A stretch of DNA of 17,089 nt from a bacterium (GTDB lineage Bacteria; Eisenbacteria; RBG-16-71-46): NCBI GenBank assembly GCA_043779265.1, contig JAYWEM010000160.1:1-17089 (forward strand). The letters are read 5' to 3'. The notes under the pieces are model-generated. The model was not told the origin of the DNA. It saw only the letters and a list, made by a program, of their open reading frames with translations, and ran no database searches. A program made the position numbers and the translations under genes. Shown in pieces: positions 15,692 through 17,089 of this stretch (its first letter is position 1; each line of letters starts with the position of its first letter).

Positions 15692-16738
15692 TCAGTCCCG
15701 AGTGACCATGTGCTCGCGACTCCAAGCGAGCGCGAGCCCGACCACGAAGCTCAGAGCCAACGCCCCGAGCCCGATGAGCAGGCGCCTCGGGCTGCTCTTG
15801 TGGATCGGCGGAACAGCCAGATCCACGACTTCGACGCTCGAGATGTTCTTCAGCTCGAGCAGGCGGGCTCGCTCGCGCTCCTCGGTGAACACCAGCAGCA
15901 CTCGCTCCTGGATCCGGATCTCACGCAGTCGTCGGGCAGCCTCGGTCGTGGCCGGAGGCAGCTTCGAGATCTCCGAGTCCAGCTGGGAGATCTCGGAGCG
16001 CAATTGGATGAGTCGTGGAGTCACCGTGCGCGAGATGGATTCGAGCGTGCCAAGCTCCAATTCGCGACGGATCTTCTCGGCGACCAGTTCACTGACCGCA
16101 GCTCCGGCGCCGCCGAGATCCGCGCTCAACATCGGCAGCTTCCGCTTGATCTGGAAGTCCCGAAGCCCATCCTCGGCTGATCGCAGCGACGCCCGGGTCT
16201 CGGTCACACGCTCATCCAGATACTCGCGGCGCAGTCGCGCGTTCGTGTTGGTGCTGGTGCGAAGATAGCGATCGAGCTCCTCGGCGTAGGCGTTCGCGAG
16301 ATCGGCAGCCAGCTTGCGGTCCTTCTCGGTAACCTCGATCTGGACGAAACCCTCGGGCGTGGTCAGAACGCCGGTGTGGGCATCCAGTTCGACCATGGCC
16401 TTCTCGACGTCCTTCTTCTTGTAACGCTTCATGAGCTCGAACCGTTCGACCAAGCGCCGACTCAGGGACTCGCTCTGGAGCACTCCCAGGTAGAGATTCG
16501 TCTTGTCCGAGCTCTCGAGTCCGAATGCGCGTGAGAGCGCCGGGGATCCCGCGAGACCGGACAGCAGGCCACCGAGATCGGATTCCTCGGAGGGCGGCAA
16601 CAACACGGTCTTCGCCGTGTAGCGATTGGGAATCAAGAAGCTCGCGCCGACGACCAACACGGCGATGATCGCCGCATCTCGTGCGATGCGCAGGCCTTCT
16701 CGGTGCAGCACGGAGAGCATCGATGGGGTCTCGCTCAT
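15692..16738 (-). CDS. Wzz/GumC-like polysaccharide co-polymerase (chain-length determinant), no kinase domain
   Basis: N-terminal TM followed by PNRYTAKTVLLPP, AADLANAY, long coiled coils, Pro-rich VVDLAVPPIHKSSPRR and a C-terminal TM. It ends without a Walker A domain. Confidence 0.88.
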   Translation of the reverse strand: MSETPSMLSVLHREGLRIARDAAIIAVLVVGASFLIPNRYTAKTVLLPPSEESDLGGLLSGLAGSPALSRAFGLESSDKTNLYLGVLQSESLSRRLVERFELMKRYKKKDVEKAMVELDAHTGVLTTPEGFVQIEVTEKDRKLAADLANAYAEELDRYLRTSTNTNARLRREYLDERVTETRASLRSAEDGLRDFQIKRKLPMLSADLGGAGAAVSELVAEKIRRELELGTLESISRTVTPRLIQLRSEISQLDSEISKLPPATTEAARRLREIRIQERVLLVFTEERERARLLELKNISSVEVVDLAVPPIHKSSPRRLLIGLGALALSFVVGLALAWSREHMVTRD

Positions 16739-16772
16739 GGACCGACGAGCCTAAGGAGCACCCAAGAGGGTG

Positions 16773-17089
16773 TCAACGACCGGCAGCCAGGTCGGACAGC
16801 GCCCGCTCGTACCGCAGGGCGAGGCGAGCCGAGACGCCACTGCCGCACCAGCCTCGCACGGTGTGGAGCATCCGGCGCAGTGACCACCCCCGACGCAGTA
16901 CCGCACGGATCGCGATCGCGTCGCGCGGGCTGGCGTGTTGCTCGAAGTAGCGGATCAGCGACAGCCCGCCGTCGGCAGGCAGGAGCGAACTCCGGCTCGA
17001 CCCGGTCCCCCGCACATGGAGTGCGTTCGCCAGCGGCTCGATCCAGACCTCCCAGCCCGAATCCCGGAGCCGCCGGGCATAGTCGACAT
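16773..17089 (-). CDS. Glycosyltransferase family 2, C-terminal part (WbbL-like); 5' end outside the window
   Basis: The frame is open from the window edge: (D)VDYARRLRDSGWEVWIEPLANALHVRGTGS...LIRYFEQH, the typical post-ED segment of GT2 enzymes. Confidence 0.8.
   Translation of the reverse strand, partial: VDYARRLRDSGWEVWIEPLANALHVRGTGSSRSSLLPADGGLSLIRYFEQHASPRDAIAIRAVLRRGWSLRRMLHTVRGWCGSGVSARLALRYERALSDLAAGR

Noticed and set aside
1798..16268. Numerous long plus-strand and alternate-frame ORFs (e.g. 1798-3468, 3814-5133, 8930-10048, 10821-11999)
   Set aside because: Arg/Ala/Pro-rich shadows expected in high-GC DNA. All overlap well-supported minus-strand genes.
16759..16772. CACCC-N4-GGGTG hairpin between GT2 and the wzz-like gene
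   Set aside because: A 5-bp stem without a U-tract, compatible with chance in GC-rich DNA.

Overview
A GC-rich bacterial window in which every real gene I can support lies on the minus strand. The protein families suggest Candidatus Eisenbacteria or a related FCB-associated lineage, but that is inference only. The left end (1-1297) is the left half of an IS21-family element: istA (absent from the ORF track because it runs off the window) and a TG-terminated end with two 33-bp-spaced repeats. It has inserted into a DUF222-like/HNH-family gene, leaving a 5' fragment at 1298-1635 with a palindrome-rich upstream region. The rest (1882-17089) is a Wzx/Wzy-type surface-glycan locus, in transcription order: GT2 (partial), Wzz-like, O-antigen ligase/Wzy-like, two GT4s, GT-C/ArnT-like, then an internal sigma70-like promoter, SDR epimerase, WecA-like initiator, khpA, rimM, trmD, Wzx flippase, SAM methyltransferase, GT4, GT2 and a lipoprotein ending in a 'SWGRLKRLY' motif. 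The most unusual observations are (i) the khpA-rimM-trmD cassette lacks its usual rpsP and rplS neighbours and is joined by start/stop overlaps between the glycan initiator and the flippase, and (ii) rimM appears to start at a CTG codon overlapping the khpA stop. No database searches were run; all calls rest on motifs read from the sequence.
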